Part shown: piece after piece, positions 1 through 8,549 of the stretch
Layout of the letters: each line of letters starts with the position of its first letter
Numbering within the stretch: position 1 is the stretch's first letter
Assembly (NCBI GenBank): GCA_004524535.1
Contig: SDNY01000117.1
Location: forward strand, 1-11,093
Length of the DNA stretch: 11,093 nt
DNA from: Promethearchaeota archaeon
GTDB taxonomy: Archaea; Asgardarchaeota; Lokiarchaeia; Sigyniarchaeales; SOKP01
Reading direction: 5' to 3'
The notes under the pieces: model-generated
The model's database searches: none
Told to the model about the DNA's origin: nothing
What the model saw: only the letters and a program-made list of their open reading frames with translations
Position numbers and translations under genes: made by a program

Positions 1-100
1 AGATTACATTAATAGAAATAGGCGTAAGGGAAAATAAAATTTCTTTCATTTCTTTAAGAATTTCTTTTTGCTGAGATTTAAAACTGAATTCTTTTTCCAA
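1..100 (-). CDS. Possible 5' end of a divergent gene running off the left edge (hypothetical protein)
   Basis: A minus-strand frame is open from 190 to 1. TTG at 100-98 gives MEKEFSFKSQQKEILKEMKEILFSLTPISINVI...; an alternative ATG lies at 49-47. Too short to recognise a family. Confidence 0.35.
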   Translation of the reverse strand, partial: MEKEFSFKSQQKEILKEMKEILFSLTPISINVI

Positions 101-252
101 TTTATGAGTAAAGTATACTTTAATTTCACAAGAATAATTAGATATGCTCTCTAAGAGAACGGAATAATTTGTAGTAAAAACACTTATAAATTAAAAATTA
201 TGTGTTACATCATTCAGATAGATATTATATAAGAATATTCTTAGTTTTTAAA

Positions 253-2178
253 ATGGAAATATCGGATCCTGATCAAACGATTTCATTGAATATAACGCAT
301 TTTCCGCAAAATTTACTTTTACCTTCCAATGATAATAAGATAATTATTCAAGCAACAAATCGTTTCAACAAGCAAGCTTTATTCAAATTTGCTTTTGAGG
401 CGGAAAATTTAAATCTTAATATTCCAGACGAATTACAAAAAGATACTATCGAATTTGGACCAGGGGAATCCAAAACAGTCGAAATTAAATTAACACCTAT
501 AGTTGATGGTTTTGGAAAATTGTCTATGTTTGTAAATTGGATGAAAATTGTGGAATATACTGTAAAAGTAAAAAAAGTAAGAAATTCGATTGTAGATAGT
601 CAAATTAACAATATTTTACAAAAGCAAACATTATCAGCCTCTAAATTTACCGATGATTTTAATCTGGATGATTTTATTATAAAAATGACTAAGGACGAGA
701 TAAAGCAACTTGAAAAAGAATTAGAAAAAAAAAAGAAAGAATACGAATCTTTACATCTAGAAAATTCAACTAATGATTCAGATAAAAAACGTAAAAAAAA
801 TAAGGATAGTATTGAAGAAATTGAGATTGATGAAATGGGCCTTTCATCAGAAATTGAAGATATTTCAAGAAAATTAGTAAAAGGATATCTTTCCAATAAG
901 GATTTGGAAAAAGCGTTAGAATTAGCGTTGGAATTGCCAGATGAACACGAAAAATCAACTCTTCATTACAATTTACTCAGGGCATATGCGTCTATAGATT
1001 TAGAGGGTTCTTTTGAAAAACTAAAGAATATAGGAAATAATGAAAAAAGGTTTGAATTAATTAGAAGTGTGGCTTTTGATCAAGTAAAAAAAGATCCCGA
1101 ACAAGCTCCTAGAGTAGCTTATTTACTTGAAGATCCTTCAATAAGAGAAAATCTTATATTGGATATAATCAGCGAAACAATTAATTTAAATCCTAGCGTT
1201 GCTTTAAAAATGAGCACTATAATTAGCGATGATTTATCAAAAATTAAAATTTTATTTAACATTGTTAAAGAATTTCACAAAAATAATAATCGGACAGAAA
1301 TTCTGAATATTTTAAATAATATTATTAATATAGTTGAAAAATCTACTAATTTGAATTTATCTGAAAACAATTATAATAATCCAGCTTATAATTTCTATAA
1401 AGATGCTATATGTGCTTTAGCAGAAATTGATTCTCCTCAAGCAGCAGATAATATTATAGTAGGTTTTAGCTTAAGGGAGATCAAGGATAGAGTTGCAGAA
1501 GATTTATTTGATGTCATTTACGAGATGATAGATGAAACTAGAACAAAAATGGAACCTTCACCTGTTTATTCGCAATATTATTTATTTAACACATTGACAT
1601 CAAATATTGATGAGTTTGTAAAAAGCTTCTCTCTAACGGGAGGTAATATAAGTAATAATATCCTTCTAAATGAGTATAACTTTAATATGATTATTGTTTC
1701 ATTATTTAATTACGACTTTAGTATTTTTCCGATTATTGATCGAGTCTATTCTGATTTAAAATTTAATTTAAACAAATCGTTTGCGTATTATATTTTTCCT
1801 TCAAAGGAAAACTATAATGAGTCTGAATTAAAGACTGTTAACAACACATTAAAACATTTTTTTACTTCTTATTTAACAAATATCCCTAATACATTATTAA
1901 TATTTAATTTAGATTTTATACCCTATTTGGGAAAACCTACAGTTATATTATCATCAAATCCAGAAATCTATGGTGAATTAAACTCTAAAATTAGTAAAAA
2001 TCTTGGAGACTCTGTAAATTTGATTATTGATGAGTCATTATTTAAAGGTGGAGCGACGGCAGAGAATTTAAGGCAATTATTTCCACCGAATAAGTGTAAA
2101 ATTGTCAATTTAATTTTATCATACGAATTTATTAACGATTATAATGTTTTTAAATCGTTTATTCAATCATTAATTTAA
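253..2178 (+). CDS. Hypothetical multidomain protein: N-terminal Ig-like beta-sandwich, charged coiled coil, alpha-solenoid (TPR/HEAT-like) repeats, C-terminal alpha/beta domain
   Basis: Long ORF (track start 202; ATG at 253 preferred). FGPGESKTVEIKLTP...GKLSMFVNW is a typical Ig-like strand pattern. It is followed by KQLEKELEKKKKE (coiled coil), helical repeats (DLEKALELALEL, DPEQAPRVAYLLED, NPSVALKMSTII) and a C-terminal alternating strand/helix domain. Confidence 0.8.
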   Translation: MEISDPDQTISLNITHFPQNLLLPSNDNKIIIQATNRFNKQALFKFAFEAENLNLNIPDELQKDTIEFGPGESKTVEIKLTPIVDGFGKLSMFVNWMKIVEYTVKVKKVRNSIVDSQINNILQKQTLSASKFTDDFNLDDFIIKMTKDEIKQLEKELEKKKKEYESLHLENSTNDSDKKRKKNKDSIEEIEIDEMGLSSEIEDISRKLVKGYLSNKDLEKALELALELPDEHEKSTLHYNLLRAYASIDLEGSFEKLKNIGNNEKRFELIRSVAFDQVKKDPEQAPRVAYLLEDPSIRENLILDIISETINLNPSVALKMSTIISDDLSKIKILFNIVKEFHKNNNRTEILNILNNIINIVEKSTNLNLSENNYNNPAYNFYKDAICALAEIDSPQAADNIIVGFSLREIKDRVAEDLFDVIYEMIDETRTKMEPSPVYSQYYLFNTLTSNIDEFVKSFSLTGGNISNNILLNEYNFNMIIVSLFNYDFSIFPIIDRVYSDLKFNLNKSFAYYIFPSKENYNESELKTVNNTLKHFFTSYLTNIPNTLLIFNLDFIPYLGKPTVILSSNPEIYGELNSKISKNLGDSVNLIIDESLFKGGATAENLRQLFPPNKCKIVNLILSYEFINDYNVFKSFIQSLI

Positions 2179-2227
2179 TTTGAAAAAATATAATAATAAT
2201 AATAATTAAAAAAAAGGACATAAAGCA

Positions 2228-3964
2228 ATGGGAAAAGGCAAAAAAAAGAAAAAAAAAGGAACGAGTCAATCAGATTTATTTGCGAATTTAACAACTGGGA
2301 CGAGTCAAACAACAGAAACAGCACCAACAACAGCACCAACAACAGCATCAACAACAGCACCAACAACAGCATCAACTACAAAAACAACAGAATTACCTTC
2401 GGGAGTTTCAATAGGAAATCCTGTTGATAGATCGGGCGATAATTTATTTGTCGGAACAGATTATCGGGAAATTAATAGTTGGTATTACGAACGACCATGG
2501 GCAGAAATACTGGCTGACACTGAACTCTGGAGACCTTTGCCCTTCACTCATGGTATAGAGATGGAACTTATTATTGCTGATGACAATGGCGAGTATCCGG
2601 ATGGCGATGAAATGGTTTTTAGGATGCGAGAAATTGTGAAAGAAGCAATTAAAATTATGGATGAAATATTATATGAGGGTAGGGCTGATTTTTTGCCAGT
2701 TCCGGATTATATACGTCAAAAGGTCTTAGCTCGTCCTTGGGGCGTTGAGGATATTGAAAAGGGGTTTGCGATGAAAATAAGATACCAGTTGCCAGATGGA
2801 AACACTGTAGATATAGATTCTTTTGCTAGAGATGGAAATGTCACTGCTATTACTTATATTTTAGAATTGGTTACCCCTCCTTGTGAATATGTAGAAGAAC
2901 TTGCATTTTGGGCATCTACTTTATTTTTATTGGCAAAGAATACGTTACCGTCCGATTTACACATTATTGCGTCGGCAATTAATCCAGCAGCTAAGGAATA
3001 CCAAAGAGGTCTGACCCAAGCTGACCATAGTCATTTAGGTTCTTTTCGATCTGAATTGGAAAAAATACAAGCCTACTGTATGATAAGAAATTTTTTACCT
3101 CATATAATAGCTTTAACATGTAATTCACCTATAATAAATAATCACCCCACCGATGTCGTCAAGATTATAAATAATAGAATAACAGCTCCAAATTGCGTTC
3201 GCTCCCTAAGATTAAAAAATAATACCACAATGCTAAGTAATAATGATCCAAAACATTTTATTCCGTATTTAACAGCAACAGATCAAAATGCGCAAAATTA
3301 TTTTCTAGAAGTTGTCCAAAAAGCAAGTTTAGAAGATGGCAGATTTCAAGACGTATTTCCCTTTACCGATTGGGGTACAATTGAAATTAGAATTAGCGAT
3401 GCGCAAATTTCAATTTGTCGACGAATTGGGATTGCCCTATTGATACAAACATTGTGTTATAAAGCAAGAAAACTTCTTGAACGAGGAGTTTGGGTTCCTG
3501 ATGTGGGAAGTGAAACAATAGCAGCAAATAGAAAGAATGCGATCGAAAGAGGATTAATCTCGTTATTTAAACCTGCCCCTAATCTTACTCGCGATTTCCT
3601 TGCCAAATATGATGCTGATTTTGCAGAGCAATATTTAGGTCCAGAAAATCAGCCAGTTAGATATATGACACAGGCAGTTCAACGAATGTTTTTTTATCTT
3701 AAAGAGGAATTATTAGAACTGGGTTTTTTATATTCTCCATTCTTGAAACCATTGCTACAATCTGTCTTTGGAGATGTCTCTTATGCAAAACCTCCAATAA
3801 CAGAAGCAGAGTACCAACTTAGTCTCTATGATTATAAAATTAAAAATGGAGAAGATCCAAATATTTTATACGATTTAATTTATTTTACAATTGAATATTG
3901 TCAGGATCCCTTGAATAATCCTCTTACAGGAACATTAACGCTTCCTAAAGAGATGTGGGAGTAA
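2228..3964 (+). CDS. Glutamate-cysteine ligase family 2 (GCS2/YbdK-like) carboxylate-amine ligase, divergent
   Basis: Ordered GCS2 motifs: THGIEMELII (GxExE), ELVTPPC, HSHLG (HxH), LPHIIALTCNSP, WGTIEIRISD (GTxExRxxD), NRKNAIERG. AAGGA lies upstream of the ATG. Confidence 0.85.
   Translation: MGKGKKKKKKGTSQSDLFANLTTGTSQTTETAPTTAPTTASTTAPTTASTTKTTELPSGVSIGNPVDRSGDNLFVGTDYREINSWYYERPWAEILADTELWRPLPFTHGIEMELIIADDNGEYPDGDEMVFRMREIVKEAIKIMDEILYEGRADFLPVPDYIRQKVLARPWGVEDIEKGFAMKIRYQLPDGNTVDIDSFARDGNVTAITYILELVTPPCEYVEELAFWASTLFLLAKNTLPSDLHIIASAINPAAKEYQRGLTQADHSHLGSFRSELEKIQAYCMIRNFLPHIIALTCNSPIINNHPTDVVKIINNRITAPNCVRSLRLKNNTTMLSNNDPKHFIPYLTATDQNAQNYFLEVVQKASLEDGRFQDVFPFTDWGTIEIRISDAQISICRRIGIALLIQTLCYKARKLLERGVWVPDVGSETIAANRKNAIERGLISLFKPAPNLTRDFLAKYDADFAEQYLGPENQPVRYMTQAVQRMFFYLKEELLELGFLYSPFLKPLLQSVFGDVSYAKPPITEAEYQLSLYDYKIKNGEDPNILYDLIYFTIEYCQDPLNNPLTGTLTLPKEMWE
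2318..2377 (+). repeat. Five tandem 12-bp units (ACAGCA[C/T]CAAC[A/T]) encoding TAPT/TAST
   Basis: Units start at 2318, 2330, 2342, 2354 and 2366, in frame with the ligase N-terminus. Confidence 0.95.
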
Positions 3965-3991
3965 AATTTATTATAATTGAGGAAAATAATA

Positions 3992-5539
3992 ATGTTAACT
4001 GCGACTATAGAACAAAATGGAATAACAAGAGTGGAAAACATATTTGTAGTTGATTGTCATTCACATTTAGGCCATGATGTAGATGAGGCAAATATGATGA
4101 ATCCATTAGCACCAGGTGCAGGTACTTTCGATTTTTGGGGAAATGTACAAGGAAAACTATTAGCAGAAATGAGAAAAATAAATGAAGTCTCGTTTACAAC
4201 GAGACTGAATGGTAGCGCCGCCAAGATTTCATGGTCTTTTACGCCTTACCCATTTACTGACAATCTATATAGCGCATTACAGAGATTGGGTAAAAAACAT
4301 TCAGATCTAAAAGAAAAATCAAAATTTTATTCATTTATAGATCAAGGAGTAGTTTTTCCCTTTCAAGATAAATTTCGAGATAAGCGCCCTGAAGCATTAT
4401 ATCGCGCAAGTAATATTAATGTATCTCGCTTTACAACTCATTTTCCGTTCTCAATGAAATTAATCGGTTATTGCCGATGTGACCCTATGGAAGGAGAAAA
4501 GGCTGTCAATGAAGTAAGATATGCTAGGGAGGTATTAGGGTTGCGTGGTCTTAAATTACACCCTAGAAGCGAAGGCTGGATTGATAATGTTAATTCAGAT
4601 AAAGCAGTCCAAGTCTTAGTAGAAGCTGCCAAACATTCAATGCCAATAATTTTTGATACACGAGGTAAAAGAACAATTATGGAAATTGGCGGATTAATCA
4701 AATCCACCAGAACCTTCTTAGAATCAAACCACCCTAACTTATTAAAACATTTTAAAGTTATTATAGCACATTTCGCTCAAGGAAATATTGGAGATCATGA
4801 AGTTTATAATACCATAGTTCAACCCAATACTTATGGTGATTTGTCTATGTTGCATGGGGAAGGCGCAGGAAATTTTTTCGAGGACTTCCGTGAATGGTTT
4901 ATTTCGAATAAAAAAGAGAATGTAGACAATCGTAATTGGAGCGAATATCTTCTTTTTGGTTCGGATTTTCCTTATTTTGGGGATGTTCATGCTCAAAAAT
5001 TATTAATATATATTATTAATAAACGATTTTTCGACACTGGAGGAACTATTAATGATACAAGAAACATTCTAGGTTTAAATCAAATTCGAGTTTTGCCCGA
5101 ATATAGTCTCCCCCAAATAAAGAAAGAGGCTAAAAATTTACCAAGTACAATAATTTCTAACCCAGTTTTTAGTCAAAATAAAAAAAGTGCTTACGAAATT
5201 GCCACCGAAGCTTTATCTAATTTAATTATCGAAAATAAGATTGATATAAAGAAGTTCTGCGTTCAATTTAAAGATTCTTGGGATTTATTTACCAACGATC
5301 TTTTAATAACAGCGATAAAGAATAGTACAAAGGAAGAAATTAATTTATATGTCAAGAATTTGGTAGAAAATCAATCAATCTCTCTTTTAGCACCTATGCA
5401 ATCCAATACAACGTGGAAAAAATTTGGTTATAAATATTTCGACCCCGAAGATCGTACGTTTTTTGCTTCATTTTTCAAACAATCTTATTTAGCAACTGAT
5501 GTTAATAAGACTTTAGAAGGATTATATCAAATTTTTTAA
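3992..5539 (+). CDS. Amidohydrolase_2-family TIM-barrel metal-dependent hydrolase with C-terminal extension
   Basis: Motifs VVDCHSHLG (DxHxH), GLRGLKLHP, IIAHF, YGDLSM, LLFGSDFPY and ILGLN. ATG at 3992 is preceded by GAGG (3979-3982) and lies 27 bp after the ligase stop, so it is probably co-transcribed. Confidence 0.88.
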   Translation: MLTATIEQNGITRVENIFVVDCHSHLGHDVDEANMMNPLAPGAGTFDFWGNVQGKLLAEMRKINEVSFTTRLNGSAAKISWSFTPYPFTDNLYSALQRLGKKHSDLKEKSKFYSFIDQGVVFPFQDKFRDKRPEALYRASNINVSRFTTHFPFSMKLIGYCRCDPMEGEKAVNEVRYAREVLGLRGLKLHPRSEGWIDNVNSDKAVQVLVEAAKHSMPIIFDTRGKRTIMEIGGLIKSTRTFLESNHPNLLKHFKVIIAHFAQGNIGDHEVYNTIVQPNTYGDLSMLHGEGAGNFFEDFREWFISNKKENVDNRNWSEYLLFGSDFPYFGDVHAQKLLIYIINKRFFDTGGTINDTRNILGLNQIRVLPEYSLPQIKKEAKNLPSTIISNPVFSQNKKSAYEIATEALSNLIIENKIDIKKFCVQFKDSWDLFTNDLLITAIKNSTKEEINLYVKNLVENQSISLLAPMQSNTTWKKFGYKYFDPEDRTFFASFFKQSYLATDVNKTLEGLYQIF

Positions 5540-5680
5540 TATCTATTTGCTAATTTCTTTTAAACTTTATTTTAATCATTTTTCTAGGACCTAAGTCAAT
5601 TTTCTCTTAAAATTTTTTAATAATTTTCTTGTAAAATACGAAAATTTTAATAAGCAAAGATTTTATTGTTTTTCTTGAGT
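5540..5680 (+). terminator. T-rich intergenic tract, probable archaeal oligo-T terminator region
   Basis: Several T4-T6 runs follow the amidohydrolase stop. The signal is weak in an AT-rich genome. Confidence 0.3.
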
Positions 5681-5757
5681 GCTTATCTAAATTGAAGATT
5701 AATTATATTAAAAATAAGGAATAATAGAATAATAACTCAATAAAAGGACCGAAAATC

Positions 5758-7254
5758 TTGGAATATAATAAGAAAGAAATTAGAGAAAAATTTAAAGATT
5801 TATTTGAATATTCTTTAGATTTTATTTTTGTCCACGACTTAAAAGGAAATTTCCTCGATGCTAATGAAATAGTTTTAACGGCTCTCAGATATGAAACAGA
5901 AGAAATTCCAAATATTTCCTTCATAAATTTAATAGATGAAGAACAGACAAAAAGAGCTTTTGAAATCCTAAAAAGAATTTTGAAGGGAGAGAAACAAGAG
6001 ATACAGTCAGAATATAAACTTAAAACTAAAGACGGTAAATTTGTATATGTTGAAACTTATGGTATTCCACTCAAAAAAGATGGAGAAATTTATGCAATAT
6101 TAGGTATAGCTAATAATATTACTAATCGTAAAATTGCTGAGCAAAAATTAAAAGAATCAGAAGAAGAACTTACCTCTTTATTAGAAAATAGTCCAGATTT
6201 TATCGTAACAGTTGATCGTAATAATATAATACAGTATATAAACCATATACCACAAAAATTCATAAAAGAACCAGTTATTGGAAGGAATTTTTACGACTGT
6301 TTAATGCCAGAAAATCAAGATATGTATAAATTTTCTTTTAAAAAGGTTTTTAATACTGGAACTCCATTAACTATCGATATTCCTGGATTTACTGAAGCTT
6401 GGTATACAACACGTTTTATCCCTATTAAGCGTGGTGAAGATATTGATTCTGTCATGTTAATTGTAACTAATATAACGGATATAAAGGAAGCTGAGAAAAA
6501 AATAAGAGATTCAGAAGAAAAGTACAGAAACATGATTAATAATTTAGATTTAGGATTTTTTAAAGCAGATGTCAATGGAGTTTTCTTAAACTATAATCCT
6601 GCATTAAAACAAATATTAGGTTACAGTCCTTCCGAAAGTTTAATTGATTTAAAAGCATCAGATATTTGGGAGAATCCTGAGGATCTTAAAAAATTTTTCA
6701 ATAAACTAGTTAAAGAGGGATCTATACGAAGTTTCGTACATAGAGCAAAAAAGAAAAATGGAGAAATAATATTTCTACAAGTTGATTCACACCTTATTAG
6801 AAATGAGGAAAATAAAATTATAGAAATCGAAGGGACCACTTTTGATGTTACTGAAAAATTCATTTTAGAACAAAAACTAAGAGAATCCGAAGAAAAACAT
6901 AGAACTTTAGTTGAGACTTCACCTAATTCTATTATTTTATTAGATAATAGAGGAATTATTGTTGATTGTAATAGAAAAACTGAAATTCTTTTAGATTTAG
7001 ATAAAAAGGAAATAATAGGTAAAAATTTTATTGACTTATATACTATACAAAAAGAGAAAATATCTAGCTTAATTGAAATCTTTGAGAGAATAAAAAAAGG
7101 AGTAATACCTCATCCCATAGAATTTGAATATTTGAACAAAAAAGGTAAAAAAATTGTGGTTGAATCTTATACTTCATTGGTTAAAATGGAAAATAAAATG
7201 CTTATCCAAGTAGTTTCACAAGATATCACAAATCGCAAAAAATTAGAAGATTAG
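5758..7254 (+). CDS. PAS/PAC S-box protein with four tandem PAS domains and no output domain
   Basis: Four repeats each open with (F/L)ExSxD-like motifs (LFEYSLDFI, LLENSPDFI, MINNLDLGF, LVETSPNSI) and close with NIT/DVT/DIT motifs. ESEEK-type coiled linkers join them. TTG start; the protein stops right after the fourth PAC (QDITNRKKLED*). Confidence 0.9.
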   Translation: MEYNKKEIREKFKDLFEYSLDFIFVHDLKGNFLDANEIVLTALRYETEEIPNISFINLIDEEQTKRAFEILKRILKGEKQEIQSEYKLKTKDGKFVYVETYGIPLKKDGEIYAILGIANNITNRKIAEQKLKESEEELTSLLENSPDFIVTVDRNNIIQYINHIPQKFIKEPVIGRNFYDCLMPENQDMYKFSFKKVFNTGTPLTIDIPGFTEAWYTTRFIPIKRGEDIDSVMLIVTNITDIKEAEKKIRDSEEKYRNMINNLDLGFFKADVNGVFLNYNPALKQILGYSPSESLIDLKASDIWENPEDLKKFFNKLVKEGSIRSFVHRAKKKNGEIIFLQVDSHLIRNEENKIIEIEGTTFDVTEKFILEQKLRESEEKHRTLVETSPNSIILLDNRGIIVDCNRKTEILLDLDKKEIIGKNFIDLYTIQKEKISSLIEIFERIKKGVIPHPIEFEYLNKKGKKIVVESYTSLVKMENKMLIQVVSQDITNRKKLED

Positions 7255-7328
7255 TTAAAAATGATTAGATTAAACAAAAAACCAAAAAAGATAAAAAAAA
7301 ATTTTCATTCTTATTGCGTGATTTCAAT

Positions 7329-8549
7329 TTGAAAGGAATAATAATTTTAAGATTTAACGAGCGTTCTGAAGCGATCATTGATGCCCAGTATCCAAGTGAC
7401 CTTTTTAATGGCTTAAAGTTAAAAACAGCTGATTTAACAAATATTTATAAAATTAATTCGACGGAAAATAAAGAACCAATTTTTTTCGAAACGAAAATAA
7501 AGGATATCAATGTTGCGAATTTTTTCACTGGCTTTTCTCCAGGTCGATATGTAGGGCGACCTAATTATGGTATTACTGTATTTCTCGATATTGAAGAAGA
7601 AGGATTATCTAAAGATTTCGAGGGAATGATAAGAAGACTAGCCCATATTGTTTTAAATAAAAAAGATGATAATCCAGATTTCGATGACATGTTTAAAGAA
7701 TTCTTTTTAATGCTAGAAAATAAAGATTTAGAACCATATTGGGAAGAAATTGAAGAAGAGGAAATAGAGGAAGAATTAGTGAGTGAAGAAGAAATTGTTG
7801 AAGAAATTGAAACAGAATCAAAGACTGAAATTATCGATGAATTAGAAAATGGAATTTCTGAAGATCATCTTAATAAACTTGAAAAAGAAGTATTAGAAGA
7901 GGAAATTGATAGTTTAAAAAGACAGTTAGATGAGAGTAATGAGAAAATTGGCAAACTTACTAAGAGAATTTCTGAAGATCAGCTTGATAAACTTGAAAAA
8001 GAAGTATCAGAAGAGGAAATTAATAGTTTAAAAAGACAGTTAGAAGAGAGTCATGAGGAAATTGGCAAACTTACGAAGAGAATTACAGAATCTCAGTTTG
8101 ATAGAGAAGAAATTGATGAGATTAAAGAGAAAAATGAAAAATTGAAAGAAGAGATAAAAAAGTTGACTGAACAGTTTAACCAAGCGAACGAAGAAAAGGA
8201 AAAGCTAGAGAATAAAATAACCGAATTAATGACAGAATTAGAGGAAAAAAGAAAGGAACTCAAGATTGAATTAGAGGAAAAAAGAAAAGAACTCAAAATT
8301 GAATTAGAGGAAAAAGAAACCAAGATTGATGAGTTAAATCAAGAAATTGAAAAATTGAAAAGCGAAAACGAAGAACATCTAGATAGCATCACAGCTCTTA
8401 AAATTGATCTGAGAAATTTAATGAATAAAGATGAAAAAGCTAAAGACAAATTAACTGATGCTATGATTGACATGAAAAAAGAGCTAAAAGTCTTACGACG
8501 TGAAAGAGATCATTACAAAAAAATAGTAAAAGATAACGATCTTCTTTAA
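7329..8549 (+). CDS. Longin/uDENN-like N-terminal domain + acidic linker + long coiled-coil protein
   Basis: The N-terminus KGIIILRFNERSEAIIDAQYP... shows the beta-beta-alpha-beta-beta-beta-alpha-alpha pattern with a YP turn seen in longin/uDENN-like domains. It is followed by a Glu-rich tract and about 200 aa of E/K/L coiled coil. The start is TTG at 7329 or 7314. The ORF is secure, but the fold call is inference. Confidence 0.65.
   Translation: MKGIIILRFNERSEAIIDAQYPSDLFNGLKLKTADLTNIYKINSTENKEPIFFETKIKDINVANFFTGFSPGRYVGRPNYGITVFLDIEEEGLSKDFEGMIRRLAHIVLNKKDDNPDFDDMFKEFFLMLENKDLEPYWEEIEEEEIEEELVSEEEIVEEIETESKTEIIDELENGISEDHLNKLEKEVLEEEIDSLKRQLDESNEKIGKLTKRISEDQLDKLEKEVSEEEINSLKRQLEESHEEIGKLTKRITESQFDREEIDEIKEKNEKLKEEIKKLTEQFNQANEEKEKLENKITELMTELEEKRKELKIELEEKRKELKIELEEKETKIDELNQEIEKLKSENEEHLDSITALKIDLRNLMNKDEKAKDKLTDAMIDMKKELKVLRRERDHYKKIVKDNDLL
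7852..8084 (+). repeat. 114-bp in-frame tandem duplication (38 aa x2)
   Basis: Copies start at 7852 and 7966 (GAATTTCTGAAGATCA...) and encode ISEDHLNKLEKEVLEEEIDSLKRQLDESNEKIGKLTKR / ISEDQLDKLEKEVSEEEINSLKRQLEESHEEIGKLTKR. Confidence 0.95.
8235..8315 (+). repeat. 33-bp in-frame tandem repeat (ELEEKRKELKI, about 2.5 copies)
   Basis: GAATTAGAGGAAAAA recurs at 8235, 8268 and 8301. Confidence 0.93.

Noticed and set aside
725-734. A10 homopolymer in ORF1 (and A-runs at the ligase start) as phase-variation tracts
   Set aside because: Explained by Lys/Glu codons in an AT-rich genome, and the frames are intact.
2191-2206. (TAA)5 microsatellite between ORF1 and the ligase
   Set aside because: Short low-complexity tract with no evidence of function.
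2175-2375. Minus-strand 66-aa hydrophobic ORF resembling a membrane peptide
   Set aside because: It is the antisense reading of the 12-bp repeat, poly-A and (TAA)n tracts, and overlaps the ligase gene.
2228-3964. Calling the ligase gshA, ybdK or pafA
   Set aside because: Only family-level motifs are visible, pocket residues diverge, and no Pup-like small ORF or proteasome genes are in the window.
7252-7332. Amber read-through or frameshift fusing the PAS gene to the downstream gene; also a 23-aa ORF at 7261
   Set aside because: The genes are in different frames, read-through ends at TGA 7330-7332, and the spacer is low-complexity poly-A.
7852-8315. Repeats as a possible CRISPR array
   Set aside because: They are contiguous in-frame coding duplications without unique spacers, and no cas genes are present.
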